Below are positions 9,097 through 20,019 of a stretch of 64,000 nucleotides of DNA, piece after piece. The position numbers and the translations under genes are program-made. The DNA is taken from positions 42,588 to 106,587 of IMG/VR virus record IMGVR_UViG_3300033066_001190; one strand, 5' to 3'. The notes beneath the pieces were generated by a model, which made no database searches, was not told the DNA's origin, and was given only the letters and a program-made list of their open reading frames with translations. This DNA is from a virus (taxonomy: Duplodnaviria > Caudoviricetes). The first letter of the stretch is position 1, and the number at the start of each line of letters is the position of its first letter.

Positions 9097-10407
9097 ATGA
9101 CATTAAAAGAACAAACAGACAATTACCTTGAGACTAATTTTGATAACATTCTAGCACTAAAATGTCTTCCCAACTTTAAATGGAGTTCAATAGCTAATGA
9201 AATTTCTCCAAACACAAACGGAGAATATGTAAGAACTCGATTTAGATACATGATGAAAAATCACAATCCTTTATTAAAATCAGCAGCTAAAAAGCACCAA
9301 GAAACTTTCCAATATTTAAACGGATTAGATTTAAAAGATAAAGGTACAAAAGAGTTTACATTTTCAGCAGATAAAATCCCTACAGAAGAAGAAATTGTTA
9401 AACATTTCAACATTGATTTGACAAAATGGGAAATCTCCCAAATCTACCATAAAACCTCGTTTGGGGGTAAATATGCAATAACAGTTAATCAAAGGTTGTT
9501 AACAGGTGCTGATAGTGTTGATTACAAGAAATTGTTTCAAGAGTTTATTGAAAGTAGAAATTTATCTATTTTAAATAGAGATTTATCTTTTTTAAAAAAT
9601 GATAAAATAACTAATAAAGAAATAGAAAATGCTTTAATTTTAAGTTTGTCAGATTTGCATTTAGATAGCAAAAGTTATGAGGGTGAGGTTGGGGCAGAAT
9701 CAGGTATAGAGCTATCTATTAAAAGAGCAAAAGATGCAGTTAAAGATATTATATACAGAGCTTCTTATGGACATGGTTTAGAAAAAATAATAATAATAGG
9801 AGGAAATGATTTTTTTCATGGAAATAATGCAAAAGGAACAACAGAAAAAGGTACTCCTCTGGATGTAGATAACAGGTGGTCAAAATCCTTTAAACAAGGT
9901 TTGGAACTTATTTCGTGGATAATTGATCTGGCAAATACTTTTGCCCCTGTTGATTATTATACTTGTTATGGTAATCACTCTCCCGAAAGAGAATTTTATC
10001 TTGCTGTAGCATTAGAAGGTCTTTATAGAAATAATAAACAAGTAAAAATAGAAACTGGCGAATCAACAAGAAAATATTTTACTTATGGTAATTCTGCATT
10101 TATGTTGTGCCACGATGCTCCTAAAAGAGTTAAAGATTGCCCAACTGTATTTATAACTGAGCAACCAAAATTATATGCAGAAGCTAAATATAGATTTCTT
10201 TTAACAGGACATTTACATTCAAAACAAGAAACCTTTTTTATAAGTACTTCTGAAAATTTTGGTCTTTTGTGGAAAAGATTGCCATCGTTATCAAAAATAG
10301 ACAAGTGGCATTTTGATAATTTTTTTATAGGAAATCAAAAATCTGCAATAGGTTTAATAATTAATAAAAATCATGGAGAAATAGCAGAATATGTCTACAA
10401 TGAATAA
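9097..10407 (+). CDS. calcineurin-like metallophosphoesterase
   Basis: LSDLHL, GGNDFFH, GNHS, HD and TGHLH motifs. Confidence 0.85.
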   Translation: MTLKEQTDNYLETNFDNILALKCLPNFKWSSIANEISPNTNGEYVRTRFRYMMKNHNPLLKSAAKKHQETFQYLNGLDLKDKGTKEFTFSADKIPTEEEIVKHFNIDLTKWEISQIYHKTSFGGKYAITVNQRLLTGADSVDYKKLFQEFIESRNLSILNRDLSFLKNDKITNKEIENALILSLSDLHLDSKSYEGEVGAESGIELSIKRAKDAVKDIIYRASYGHGLEKIIIIGGNDFFHGNNAKGTTEKGTPLDVDNRWSKSFKQGLELISWIIDLANTFAPVDYYTCYGNHSPEREFYLAVALEGLYRNNKQVKIETGESTRKYFTYGNSAFMLCHDAPKRVKDCPTVFITEQPKLYAEAKYRFLLTGHLHSKQETFFISTSENFGLLWKRLPSLSKIDKWHFDNFFIGNQKSAIGLIINKNHGEIAEYVYNE

Positions 10408-11692
10408 CAAGCTCGAAATATTTAAATTTACAAAACATACAAGAGAAGAAATTGACAAAATAGGGATATATAAAATATCTTTAAAAAATGATTTCAAAAA
10501 CCGATGTTATATAGGCTCTGCATTAATTACAGATAAAAGAAAAAGTCACCGTGGATTTTTTGTAAGATGGAAATCTCATTTAGAAGAATTAGAGAAAAAT
10601 AAACATCATAGTCAAAAGTTGCAAAATGCCGTAAATAAATACGGAATTGAAAATCTTTGTTTTGAGATATTGGAATATTTATCAGACGGATTAACAAAAA
10701 AAGAATACGAAAAAATAGAAACGGAATACATAAAATTGTATAAAGCCTCTACATCAGGTTTCAATATTTGTCATATAGCAGGAACTTCAAAAGGTCTTAA
10801 AAAATCATTGAAGCAAAGATTAAAAAACTCTATAGCTAAAAGCAAAGGTAAGATATATCAATATTCTAAAGAAGGTCTCTTTTTAAAAGAGTACGATTCA
10901 TTATTAGAGATAAAGTTTGACTATCCTGACATTAACAAGAATAGTATGTTATCAGGTTTAAAAAATGTAAATCGTCCTTACTATCGAAATTTTTATTGGT
11001 TTAGGGAATACAAAGGAGATAAGATTGACGTAAGTATTTATAAAAGAGAAATTAAATCTAGTTATAGAAATATACACCAATACGATTTAGATGGAAACTT
11101 GATAAAAATTTGGGATTCTTTAAAAGACTTAGAAAAAGCAGGGTTTTTACAAACTTGGAATATATCCTCTTGTATAAGAGGTTTAAAGAAAACCGCATAT
11201 TCTTTTTACTGGTCAAATGGATTTATTTCAAAAGACATGATTGTAAAACCAACTCATACATATTTTATTAATAGGCCTTTTAAAGAACAAATAAAAAGAC
11301 AAAAAAAAGTATATCAATATAATTTAGTTGGAGATTTTGTTAAAGAATGGACAAGTATTAAAAAAGCTGAAGAAGCCCTAGGAATAAATAACATAAGCGC
11401 TAATTTAAGAAAACTGCGAAATAGTGCAGGAGGATTTCAATGGAGTTTTATAAAATATGATAGATTAAAACCTCATTATTGTCCAGAAAAAGCAATTGAT
11501 TCCAAAAAGGAATTTAAAGTATTTCAATATAGTTTAGATGGTACATTTCTAAAAGAGTGGACTGGAGCTAAAGAAGCATCCAAAACATTAAATATTAATC
11601 GGGAATGCATTAGACTCAGTTGTGTGGGTAAAAATAAAACAGGAGGAGGATATATTTGGAAATATGAAAAAGAACACTTATTAAATAACTAA
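10391..11692 (+). CDS. GIY-YIG homing endonuclease with NUMOD1 repeats
   Basis: GIYKI...CYIGS...RW..H...L. Four [IV][YHF]QY...G...K...S/G repeats ending in F/Y.W. Confidence 0.9.
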   Translation: MSTMNNKLEIFKFTKHTREEIDKIGIYKISLKNDFKNRCYIGSALITDKRKSHRGFFVRWKSHLEELEKNKHHSQKLQNAVNKYGIENLCFEILEYLSDGLTKKEYEKIETEYIKLYKASTSGFNICHIAGTSKGLKKSLKQRLKNSIAKSKGKIYQYSKEGLFLKEYDSLLEIKFDYPDINKNSMLSGLKNVNRPYYRNFYWFREYKGDKIDVSIYKREIKSSYRNIHQYDLDGNLIKIWDSLKDLEKAGFLQTWNISSCIRGLKKTAYSFYWSNGFISKDMIVKPTHTYFINRPFKEQIKRQKKVYQYNLVGDFVKEWTSIKKAEEALGINNISANLRKLRNSAGGFQWSFIKYDRLKPHYCPEKAIDSKKEFKVFQYSLDGTFLKEWTGAKEASKTLNINRECIRLSCVGKNKTGGGYIWKYEKEHLLNN

Positions 11693-11700
11693 AATAATGG

Positions 11701-11735
11701 AAAACAGGGAGGTGTTAAAACTTCTCTGTTTTTTT
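11701..11735 (+). terminator. Rho-independent terminator
   Basis: AACAGGGAGG...CTTCTCTGTT stem followed by a T run. Confidence 0.75.
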
Positions 11736-11764
11736 GTTTATAATAGCTTGTTAAGGTCTATTTT

Positions 11765-12499
11765 ATGCAGAAAACAGTAAGACAATTTATATCAGATATA
11801 GCTCAATCAGTTAATGCTGAAAATGGAGATGATTTTATTTCTCCTAAATACATTTATAGCACTTCTCAAAGTGTAATAAGTGATTTTTTAAAGAAATCTA
11901 ATTCTGGAGAAAGGTTAACATTTAAAATAATTGAAGGATGGTCTGAAATACCTGTACTCCCTATGATTTCTGTTCCTATTACAGAATGTAATCTAGGAGT
12001 AAATGTTTGCCAAAGATTAATGAGAAGTCAGTATAGGTTACCTGAAATGTACGAAAGTAAGTTTGGGGGACTGATTAAAATGGTGATTGCTCTTAATTTA
12101 GCTACAGAATATAAGCCTTGTTTTTCTGCTGCTAATTGGGTAGCTAAGTCTAAAAGACCTTATGGAAATGAAAAATATTATTTCTTTTCAGATGGATACT
12201 TATACATCCCTATTAAAAAGGGAGATGATGAAAGTCCTGAAATCCTAAGATTGGAAGCATATTTCAAAAATAAGAAAGAAGTAAATGATTTCAACACTTT
12301 AATAAATGGAACTTGTGAATCTTGCAATACTAAAGTAGAAAACTGCAAACCTTTTCTAGATTACCCTATGGTAATACCCTATTACCTAGAAAATGATGTA
12401 AAGAAAGAAGTTATTCAATTAATGCTTCGTAGATCACAAATTCAACCTGATGAGAATCCTAATTTAAACAGTTTACAAAAAGTTAACCAAAGTAAGTAA
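11765..12499 (+). CDS. crAss-like tail ring protein
   Basis: RS.Y.LP, KYYFFSDGYLYIP and F.DYPM.IP pattern. Position upstream of the IHF-like/Ttub/Tstab block. Confidence 0.6.
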   Translation: MQKTVRQFISDIAQSVNAENGDDFISPKYIYSTSQSVISDFLKKSNSGERLTFKIIEGWSEIPVLPMISVPITECNLGVNVCQRLMRSQYRLPEMYESKFGGLIKMVIALNLATEYKPCFSAANWVAKSKRPYGNEKYYFFSDGYLYIPIKKGDDESPEILRLEAYFKNKKEVNDFNTLINGTCESCNTKVENCKPFLDYPMVIPYYLENDVKKEVIQLMLRRSQIQPDENPNLNSLQKVNQSK

Positions 12500-13122
12500 T
12501 GCAACTAGTAACAAAGAAAGGTATAACAAGAACTGGTCACAAAGAAAATGTATTTGATGCAGCTCTTTGTGAGAGGATAAGAAAAAGGTTAAAGCTGGAT
12601 AAAAAACAATTAAGCAATGTAACCATTAGGAAAATAATCAAACAGTCTAATGAAGAAATAGGTAATCTGATTGTTAACAATTCAGAAGGGTATAAATTAG
12701 AATATGGATTTGATTCAAAAAAACCAATGGGAGTAATAGCTCCTTCTAAACACCTACCTAAAGAATTTAGGGAAGATAGGGAAGAAAAGCTGCAAGAAAT
12801 CAAGGAATTGGTAATGCCAGAGCATTATAAAAAACAAATATTAAAAAGGTATGGTGTAGAGATTGATCATGCTTTAGATTATGATAAGCTATCAAAATTA
12901 AAGGTAAAGCTCCCTCACTTAAACCTAGACACATACTTTTATAAATACCGCATCATGTGGTTTAATCACAGAAATTGTAAAGATAGAAAAGCAAGGTGTT
13001 ATACATTTAATGCAAGTAGGGTTTTAAATAAAAAATTTGCAGATCTTATATGGTCAGGAAAAGATTATTATGAATGGAACTTTAGTGATTTTTATGGTTA
13101 TAAGGTTAATTCAGAATGGTAA
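12499..13122 (+). CDS. crAss-like IHF/HU-related DNA-binding protein
   Basis: Basic. IIK..NEEI...I.....GYKL and HLNLDT.FYKYRIMW...F..SR. Synteny immediately before the tail-tube gene. Confidence 0.55.
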   Translation: MQLVTKKGITRTGHKENVFDAALCERIRKRLKLDKKQLSNVTIRKIIKQSNEEIGNLIVNNSEGYKLEYGFDSKKPMGVIAPSKHLPKEFREDREEKLQEIKELVMPEHYKKQILKRYGVEIDHALDYDKLSKLKVKLPHLNLDTYFYKYRIMWFNHRNCKDRKARCYTFNASRVLNKKFADLIWSGKDYYEWNFSDFYGYKVNSEW

Positions 13123-13134
13123 TAAATATTAAAA

Positions 13135-14058
13135 ATGGCAGATTATGATTTAGTTCCAGCAGATCAATTGCTGGCTCGTTTACAAGAAGAACTCTCTACG
13201 TACACAGCAAATGGTGTATTAGATACATCCGAATTATACCCTCAATTAATTTGGTTTGCTAATCTTTTGAATTTAGCAGTGTATCAACAAGAAGAAACAA
13301 TTTTAAAGTTAGAAGATTATAGAGCTGAACTACCTTGTGATTTCTTTTTACTAGATTCTGCTTGGTTATGTGATACTAAAGCTTCTCACAATCAACTTAA
13401 TTTTCAATCTTCTTTAGTTGTTTACACCGAAACTACAAATGAAACTGTTGGTAATGATGTAAATTGTGGATTACCTAACAATTACAATGCAACGGGATAT
13501 TTGAATATTTCTGCTTGTAATATGGACACTCCTGTATTTAATAAACAAACCACTAAAGAATATGTTTATTCTGGAGTAAACCCTATTACATGGAAAAACC
13601 CTGTTTTACTTTCTTACAAAAAAGGTAAGTCATTAAGGCAGAATTGTGCTAAAGATTGTGCAAACTTGTTTTCAAGATTTCCTCAAGAAATTTCAATTAA
13701 CAAAATAGGTAATTCTTCTTACTTATATTCTACACTAAAAGAAGCTATTATTTATGTTAAATACTATGCATGGCCTGTAGACAAAGAAACAAACATTCCT
13801 TTAATTCCTAATGATGTATATCTACAAGAATGTTTATTTAAACACTTGACGTATTACTTCTTCAAAAAGATCTATTTAAATGGAGATGATACAAATTTGG
13901 AAAATAAATTAACATTTACAAAACAAGAAGGTGAATTAGGTATTAGGGCAGCAATGAATTATGCTAAAATGCCATCATTCAATAAAATGGTTCAATTAGG
14001 TAAAAGAGCTAGAAAACGCTTTGCTTCTTACGAAGTTATGAGTGGATATCACTATTAA
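13135..14058 (+). CDS. crAss-like tail tubular/ring protein (Ttub)
   Basis: DYRAELPCDF and IIYVKYYAWPVD.ET.IPLIPND..LQECL motifs. Synteny. Confidence 0.75.
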   Translation: MADYDLVPADQLLARLQEELSTYTANGVLDTSELYPQLIWFANLLNLAVYQQEETILKLEDYRAELPCDFFLLDSAWLCDTKASHNQLNFQSSLVVYTETTNETVGNDVNCGLPNNYNATGYLNISACNMDTPVFNKQTTKEYVYSGVNPITWKNPVLLSYKKGKSLRQNCAKDCANLFSRFPQEISINKIGNSSYLYSTLKEAIIYVKYYAWPVDKETNIPLIPNDVYLQECLFKHLTYYFFKKIYLNGDDTNLENKLTFTKQEGELGIRAAMNYAKMPSFNKMVQLGKRARKRFASYEVMSGYHY

Positions 14059-14062
14059 GATT

Positions 14063-17000
14063 ATGGATATTAAAATAAATGCAGCAAAATTAGGGATGCA
14101 GTTATCAAAGCATCCTTCTGAGTTATCTCCACAAGAGTATTCTTTAATGCTCAATGGAAATATTCAGTCTTTAGATGGTTCATTGTTAAAAATAACAAAT
14201 GAGCCGTCTAACTTGTTATGCTCTAGATTTAAACCAAATTTTAAAGTTATTGGTACAGCTCCTATAAACGCTCAAAAGAAAGTGATATTCTTTCTTGTTA
14301 ATCCCTTAACAGGTGAATCAGAAATAGGGGAAATAAAGAATGTTTCTTTTACAGATGTTCCAGATAGTGAAGTAAGTTGTTCAGATTGCAACACCCCTGT
14401 AATTGAAGATGTTCCATTAGAACAAACAACACAATCAGAATTATGTACTTACACTACACTAATTAACGCAGATTGTTTAAACTTTAGTTTAGACTATCCT
14501 GTAACAGCTACATATCAAATTACACCTTTAGGTTTAATTTTATTCTTTGCGAGTAAAAATAATCCTCTAAGATATTTAGAGCTTTATGATATTCCCTACA
14601 CTATATCTAGATATAACGAAGCTAATTGCAACCTTCCTATTTATACAACTAACCTTGATTGTAATAAAATAAAAATTGTTCCCGATTACTCCATTCCTTG
14701 TATTAATACAATAGATGTAGTTTCGGGAGGATCACTCACTGCTGGTGTTGTTCAATTCACTGGAGTATATGCCGAAAATGTAAAGTTTGAACAAAGTACA
14801 CAAATTGTACCTATCACTGATTATTTTCCTGTAAATAATCCAACTCCCATATTTGAAAAATCAGAAACTGTAAATACTAATTACACCACTGGTAAGGCTG
14901 TAAAAATAGAAATAACAAACCTAGATACAGATTTTAATTATATCAATCTAGTTGTAATACACACCATTGATAATATTGTAAAACCTTACCTAATAGGTAC
15001 ATTCCCTATTAATTCAAACACATTTACATACACTTATACAGGTAATAACAGAGAAGTAGAAATACCTGTAACTCTAGAAGAAATTACAAGAAGGAGACCT
15101 GTTTATGTGAGTGCAAGGGGTGTAACAGAAGCCAATAGTCACTTGTTTTGGTATGATTTAGAAGAACAACGACCTATTAATTTACAACCTGTAATAAATT
15201 TACTTTCTTTGAAATGGGCTACTATTTCAGCAAGTGAAGATTTCTATAAAAATCCTATTTCAAACAATTACGTAAGTTTTGAAAGAGATGAGGTTGTTCC
15301 ATTTGGTATAGAATTCTTTTTTAAAAATGGGTTTTCAACCCCTGTTTTTCCATTAGTAAATAGGGAAGCTACTCCAAAAGATAGGGAAATTATTCTTCCT
15401 TCTGACCCCAACTACATTGTTGATGATACAGCTTGTGGTACAACTCAAAGAACAGAGAGATGGCAGTTTTATAATACAGCAAGTGAAATAGGAGATTTAC
15501 CATGTAGAATTATACCAACTGTTGGTAATGGTAAACCTTCCATGTTAAGTGATGGAGGATGCACAATTAATCCATATAAATATGGAGAATTTGCTTATTG
15601 GGAATCTGAAGCAAGATACCCTAATAATCCCGCTATTTGGGGAGATTTATGTGGACAACCTATTCGACACTTTAAATTTCCAGATAATTGTGTTTCTCCA
15701 ATAACAAATAATATTTCAACCTCTGCTCCTTTTGGAGCTAAAAGTACAATATATCCAATAGGAGTGACAGTTGATGTCGAAGAAATAAAAGCATTATTAA
15801 ATCAAGCTGTAACACTTAACCTTATTACAGAACAAGATAAATTACAAATTGCAGGATATAGAATAAAAAGAGGTGACAGAACAGGTAGTAAATCCATTGT
15901 AGCTAAGGGTATTTTAACCAATATGGGTGTTACAACTACTTATAAAGTAGATGGTTCTGGAAATCTATTACCAACAAGTATTGAGGAATATTATCCTAAT
16001 TACGGATTTAATGATTTAAGACACGATGATCCTTATCTATCTATTGATTCTGTTAATTATCCTAATTATACAGGTAGTAAAAAGTTTACTTTCCATTCTC
16101 CTGAAACCAGCTATGCAACTCCTCTGTTACCAACAGAAATTAAGCAGGAGTTAATAATTGGGGGTAAATGTCAAGGTAGTTTCACAGAAGTAGAAAGACA
16201 TGCTAAATATGTTATTCTTTCTGATGGTGCATACATCCTTGCTGATACGTTGGGTATTTTTGAAGCAGCTACTGATGCAGTGATTGCTGTAATGGGAACT
16301 GATTCAGCATCAGTTGGAATAAATTTAGCAATTGCTACAGTTATTAACACTATTACAAGCGCAATTAATTATTCCAATGATTGGTTACGTATTTTAAAAA
16401 GTCTTGGTAATCCTTACAATCCTGCTATATTTTATACTTCTGTAGGTAAGTATGTTAGTAGATGTTGTCCTGATGAAAATCAGAAATTTCAACAAAAAAT
16501 AAAAAACACATTTTACTTACAACCTGGAAATCAGGTTATTTCCGAATTTGGTACAAGATTTCAAATAAATAACTTTAAAAGAGAAAGCTCTGTATATTTA
16601 TCCCTGAATGATAATTTTGGTTCTAACAATTCTTGTAACTTGCCAGAAGATAATTCAAAAGAGTTGTTTAGTGAAGGAGCTTTAGCAAATACGTTAAATG
16701 TATTAAGACCTGAAAGAAACATTAAAACATCTTACGTTTCTTTAAAGAATTATGTTCCTGATCAATATGGAACAATAGATCAAATATCGTGGATAGATAC
16801 AGGATTTTGTGGAGAAATTGATTGGAGTACAGAAGCTCCTTCTGGATGCAAAGATTTAATTTTTGGAGGTGACACATATTTAACACCTTTTAGTTTTAAA
16901 AAGAAATTACCATTCTTTGTTCAAGACAGGGTTAATGCAAACACTAATGATGATGTTCAATATAGATATTTATCTAACGTTGGCAAAACTGAATACTATT

Positions 17001-18724
17001 ATAACACTTTAGACCAACCTTATTATAACACCCCCACAATAGCAACCCAATTAGTTAATATGTTTGATCCTCCAGATACAAATTTGGAAGATGATAACAA
17101 TACTACGGCTATTTATCATAAAGGAAAATTAACTTTATTTTATTACTCTGTTCCTATATTTATTGTAGAATCCAGCTATAATAATCATTTCAGACATGCT
17201 GAAAATCTGTTAGAAAAGAATTTCTATCCTAACATTTTAGATCTTCCTTATTGGATGCAGGAATTCAGAGTACCTATCAGTTACGATAATTACTATTTCT
17301 ACAACACCACGTATTCTAAAGAAAACAAAGAAAATCCGTTTTATGTCTTTAAAGACAACTTTAATCAAAGTGATGAAGACAAAAGAAGAAATCATTTTAA
17401 TAGGATTATATATTCTGCTCAAAACGATTGGTTATCTTACTCAGCTTTAGACAGTTTTGATTTTAGTTTAAATGATGGTAAGTTAATAGGCATTAAAGGA
17501 ATTGAGCAAAATGCTGTTTTAGTAACACAAGAAAATGCTACTAAAATATTTAATGCTTATGTTACTATTCAAGCCAATGGGTTTGAAGCACAATTATCTA
17601 CAGGTCAAATGTTTGCTGCTAAACCCAGAGAGCATTTTAAAACAGATTTAGGATTTGGTGGTTCAAACCATCAACAGATTCTTTCTACAGAGTATGGTCA
17701 TTTCTTTGTGGATTCTCAAAACCCAGCTATTTTAAAAAAGAATACAGAGGGATTGAGGGATGTCACAAGAGATGAAGAAAATAAAAAGGTAAAGCAATGG
17801 TTTCAAAATAACCTACCTTTTAAAATATTAAATGATTTCCCCAATGTAAATGTAGATAACACCTACAAAGACTTTGGTATTTGCTTGGGATGGGATAACA
17901 AGTTTAAAAGAGTTTTCATTACCAAAAAAGATTATGAGTTAAAGAAATCTTATAAATCTTTAGTGGATTATAGAAATAATAAATTCTATTTAGAAGATTT
18001 AGAGATATTTCCAACAGATGAAACATATTTTATAAACAGGTGTTGGACAATAGCTTATGATGCAAAAATGGATCAGTTTATTAGTTTTTATAGCTTTAAA
18101 CCCAACTATTATGTTTCAAATGAAGACTATTTTTCCACTGGTGAAAATAATGCTTTATGGAATCATTTGCTCACTGAAAAATCGTATCAAGTATTTGGTG
18201 AAAAGTTGTACCCATTCTTGATAGAATTTGCTACACAAAATAAGTTTAACAATAATGTATTACAAGCTGTAAAGTTTAAAACTGATTTTAGAAGATTTCA
18301 GGGTGAAAATAATTGGTCATTAATAAACAATAAAACGTTTACAGATGCAATAATCTATAACCCTAATCAATCTACAGGAGATTTAAAACTTGTGGTTGCT
18401 CAAAAAAATAACAACTATCAGTTTTTACAATATCCTAAAATAACGGGATATCATAAAGAAATTCTTGTAGATAATGTAGAAAACTTCTGGAACTTCAATC
18501 AATTCAATGATATAGCTTTAAGAAATGGTCAACCTATCACTGTTTATAAAAACACACCAGATGTACCATATACAAATGATTTAGCTATTTCCTATAAACC
18601 TCAATTCTATACAAATCCTTTGAGGAATGATTATTTCCAAATAAGATTAGGTAATTCTTTATATTCTAATTACAACATATTATTTCACTTGACATTAACA
18701 CAACAAGAAAATTCAATATCGTGA
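14063..18724 (+). CDS. crAss-like muzzle/tail stabilization protein (Tstab)
   Basis: ~1550 aa. F.RDEV.PFGI, FAYWES...YP, PIRHFKFPD, IFGGDTY and WTIAYD.....FISFYSF.P motifs. Probable start ATG 14063 (track GTG 14042). Confidence 0.85.
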   Translation: MDIKINAAKLGMQLSKHPSELSPQEYSLMLNGNIQSLDGSLLKITNEPSNLLCSRFKPNFKVIGTAPINAQKKVIFFLVNPLTGESEIGEIKNVSFTDVPDSEVSCSDCNTPVIEDVPLEQTTQSELCTYTTLINADCLNFSLDYPVTATYQITPLGLILFFASKNNPLRYLELYDIPYTISRYNEANCNLPIYTTNLDCNKIKIVPDYSIPCINTIDVVSGGSLTAGVVQFTGVYAENVKFEQSTQIVPITDYFPVNNPTPIFEKSETVNTNYTTGKAVKIEITNLDTDFNYINLVVIHTIDNIVKPYLIGTFPINSNTFTYTYTGNNREVEIPVTLEEITRRRPVYVSARGVTEANSHLFWYDLEEQRPINLQPVINLLSLKWATISASEDFYKNPISNNYVSFERDEVVPFGIEFFFKNGFSTPVFPLVNREATPKDREIILPSDPNYIVDDTACGTTQRTERWQFYNTASEIGDLPCRIIPTVGNGKPSMLSDGGCTINPYKYGEFAYWESEARYPNNPAIWGDLCGQPIRHFKFPDNCVSPITNNISTSAPFGAKSTIYPIGVTVDVEEIKALLNQAVTLNLITEQDKLQIAGYRIKRGDRTGSKSIVAKGILTNMGVTTTYKVDGSGNLLPTSIEEYYPNYGFNDLRHDDPYLSIDSVNYPNYTGSKKFTFHSPETSYATPLLPTEIKQELIIGGKCQGSFTEVERHAKYVILSDGAYILADTLGIFEAATDAVIAVMGTDSASVGINLAIATVINTITSAINYSNDWLRILKSLGNPYNPAIFYTSVGKYVSRCCPDENQKFQQKIKNTFYLQPGNQVISEFGTRFQINNFKRESSVYLSLNDNFGSNNSCNLPEDNSKELFSEGALANTLNVLRPERNIKTSYVSLKNYVPDQYGTIDQISWIDTGFCGEIDWSTEAPSGCKDLIFGGDTYLTPFSFKKKLPFFVQDRVNANTNDDVQYRYLSNVGKTEYYYNTLDQPYYNTPTIATQLVNMFDPPDTNLEDDNNTTAIYHKGKLTLFYYSVPIFIVESSYNNHFRHAENLLEKNFYPNILDLPYWMQEFRVPISYDNYYFYNTTYSKENKENPFYVFKDNFNQSDEDKRRNHFNRIIYSAQNDWLSYSALDSFDFSLNDGKLIGIKGIEQNAVLVTQENATKIFNAYVTIQANGFEAQLSTGQMFAAKPREHFKTDLGFGGSNHQQILSTEYGHFFVDSQNPAILKKNTEGLRDVTRDEENKKVKQWFQNNLPFKILNDFPNVNVDNTYKDFGICLGWDNKFKRVFITKKDYELKKSYKSLVDYRNNKFYLEDLEIFPTDETYFINRCWTIAYDAKMDQFISFYSFKPNYYVSNEDYFSTGENNALWNHLLTEKSYQVFGEKLYPFLIEFATQNKFNNNVLQAVKFKTDFRRFQGENNWSLINNKTFTDAIIYNPNQSTGDLKLVVAQKNNNYQFLQYPKITGYHKEILVDNVENFWNFNQFNDIALRNGQPITVYKNTPDVPYTNDLAISYKPQFYTNPLRNDYFQIRLGNSLYSNYNILFHLTLTQQENSIS

Positions 18725-19149
18725 ATCCAGCATTTAAACTAAAAGAATCAAAAAAGGAAGAGAAGCAAGAATCTCTTCCAACAGAAGTAGCAGAATTAGC
18801 TGAATGTTTTATGAATGCTGCTAAATCTTTACATAAACTACATTTAAAAATTACAGGACAAGGTAGTTATGCTGCTCATGTAGCTTTATCAGGCTATGAT
18901 AAATTTCATGATTTTGCGGATGACCTCTGTGAAGAGTATCAAAGCATTTCAGAAAATATTTTGAATATTCCTGAAAAGAATTCGGATATCCTAAATTCTG
19001 TTGAAGAAGGTATAATATTTTTATCGTCTTTAAAATTAAAAATAGATAATTTACAAAAAATAACACCTTATTCAGAAATAAACAACTTATTAGACGAAGT
19101 AAAATCTGAAATTAATAAGATTAAGTATAAACTTTTATTTTTAAAATGA
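18721..19149 (+). CDS. ferritin/Dps-like four-helix protein (DUF5856-like)
   Basis: LHKLH...SYAAH.AL...D...D.L.E.YQ and NLLDEV...I.K..YKL.FL. Confidence 0.75.
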   Translation: MNPAFKLKESKKEEKQESLPTEVAELAECFMNAAKSLHKLHLKITGQGSYAAHVALSGYDKFHDFADDLCEEYQSISENILNIPEKNSDILNSVEEGIIFLSSLKLKIDNLQKITPYSEINNLLDEVKSEINKIKYKLLFLK

Positions 19150-19155
19150 TATTTG

Positions 19156-20019
19156 ATGAATTCCTATGTTTATATTTTTTTAGACCCCAGAAAGGAAGGC
19201 ATTTGGTATTATAAAAATATTGTATTTTTTTATCAGCCTTTTTATGTCGGAGAGGGTATAAATAATAGAATTAAATGCCATTTTACTCCAAAAGCTCTTT
19301 CTAAAAACTGTTTAAAATCAAATATAATTAACAAAATATTAGAAGAAGGATTAGAACCAATAAAAAAAATTCTTTTTAGTGGTATTTCAAAAAATGAGGC
19401 ACTTGAAATAGAAAGTGATATCATAAAAACATTTGGAACTCGTTATCATAAAACAGGTATCTTATCAAATGTTTTTAAATTTGGGAATAAATTTACAAAA
19501 GAGATGTATATTTCCGAATATAAAGCAGATAATAAAGCAGCTATTAAAAAAGCAGCCGAAATTAAAAAAGGTAGAACAAATATAGAATTGTATGGAGAGA
19601 AAATGGCTGCAATTATAGGAAATAAAATTTCAAAAGTGTTATCTGAGAAATATAAAAATAAAGAGATTATCGGATATTGGCAAGGAAAAGAGATGGCTAA
19701 AGAACACAAAGATAAACTTTCAAAAGCATTACAAGGTAATAAGAGAAGATTAGGAAAATTACATTCTGTAAAAGACAGAGAAAAAATGTCTCAAAAAATA
19801 TCCGAAACTAAAGGAACTCCCGTAAAAGTAATAAAAAACAATGGTCAAATTGAATATTATTGTTCTGTTAATAAAGCAGCAAAGACTTATCTTGTAAGTG
19901 CGCAAATGTTAGATGAAGCTTTCAAAAATAAAAAATTTTGCAATAGTAAAAAAGCAAATTGCAGATTTGAAATAATTACTAAAGAAGAATATAACCAACA
20001 ATTAAAAAAGTGTCTTTAA
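19156..20019 (+). CDS. GIY-YIG (LEM-3-like) homing endonuclease with NUMOD3-like motifs
   Basis: YVYIFLDPR...PFYVGEG...RI..H and EAL.IE..II..FG......G.L.N. H..E.K.K.S-type repeats. Confidence 0.82.
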   Translation: MNSYVYIFLDPRKEGIWYYKNIVFFYQPFYVGEGINNRIKCHFTPKALSKNCLKSNIINKILEEGLEPIKKILFSGISKNEALEIESDIIKTFGTRYHKTGILSNVFKFGNKFTKEMYISEYKADNKAAIKKAAEIKKGRTNIELYGEKMAAIIGNKISKVLSEKYKNKEIIGYWQGKEMAKEHKDKLSKALQGNKRRLGKLHSVKDREKMSQKISETKGTPVKVIKNNGQIEYYCSVNKAAKTYLVSAQMLDEAFKNKKFCNSKKANCRFEIITKEEYNQQLKKCL

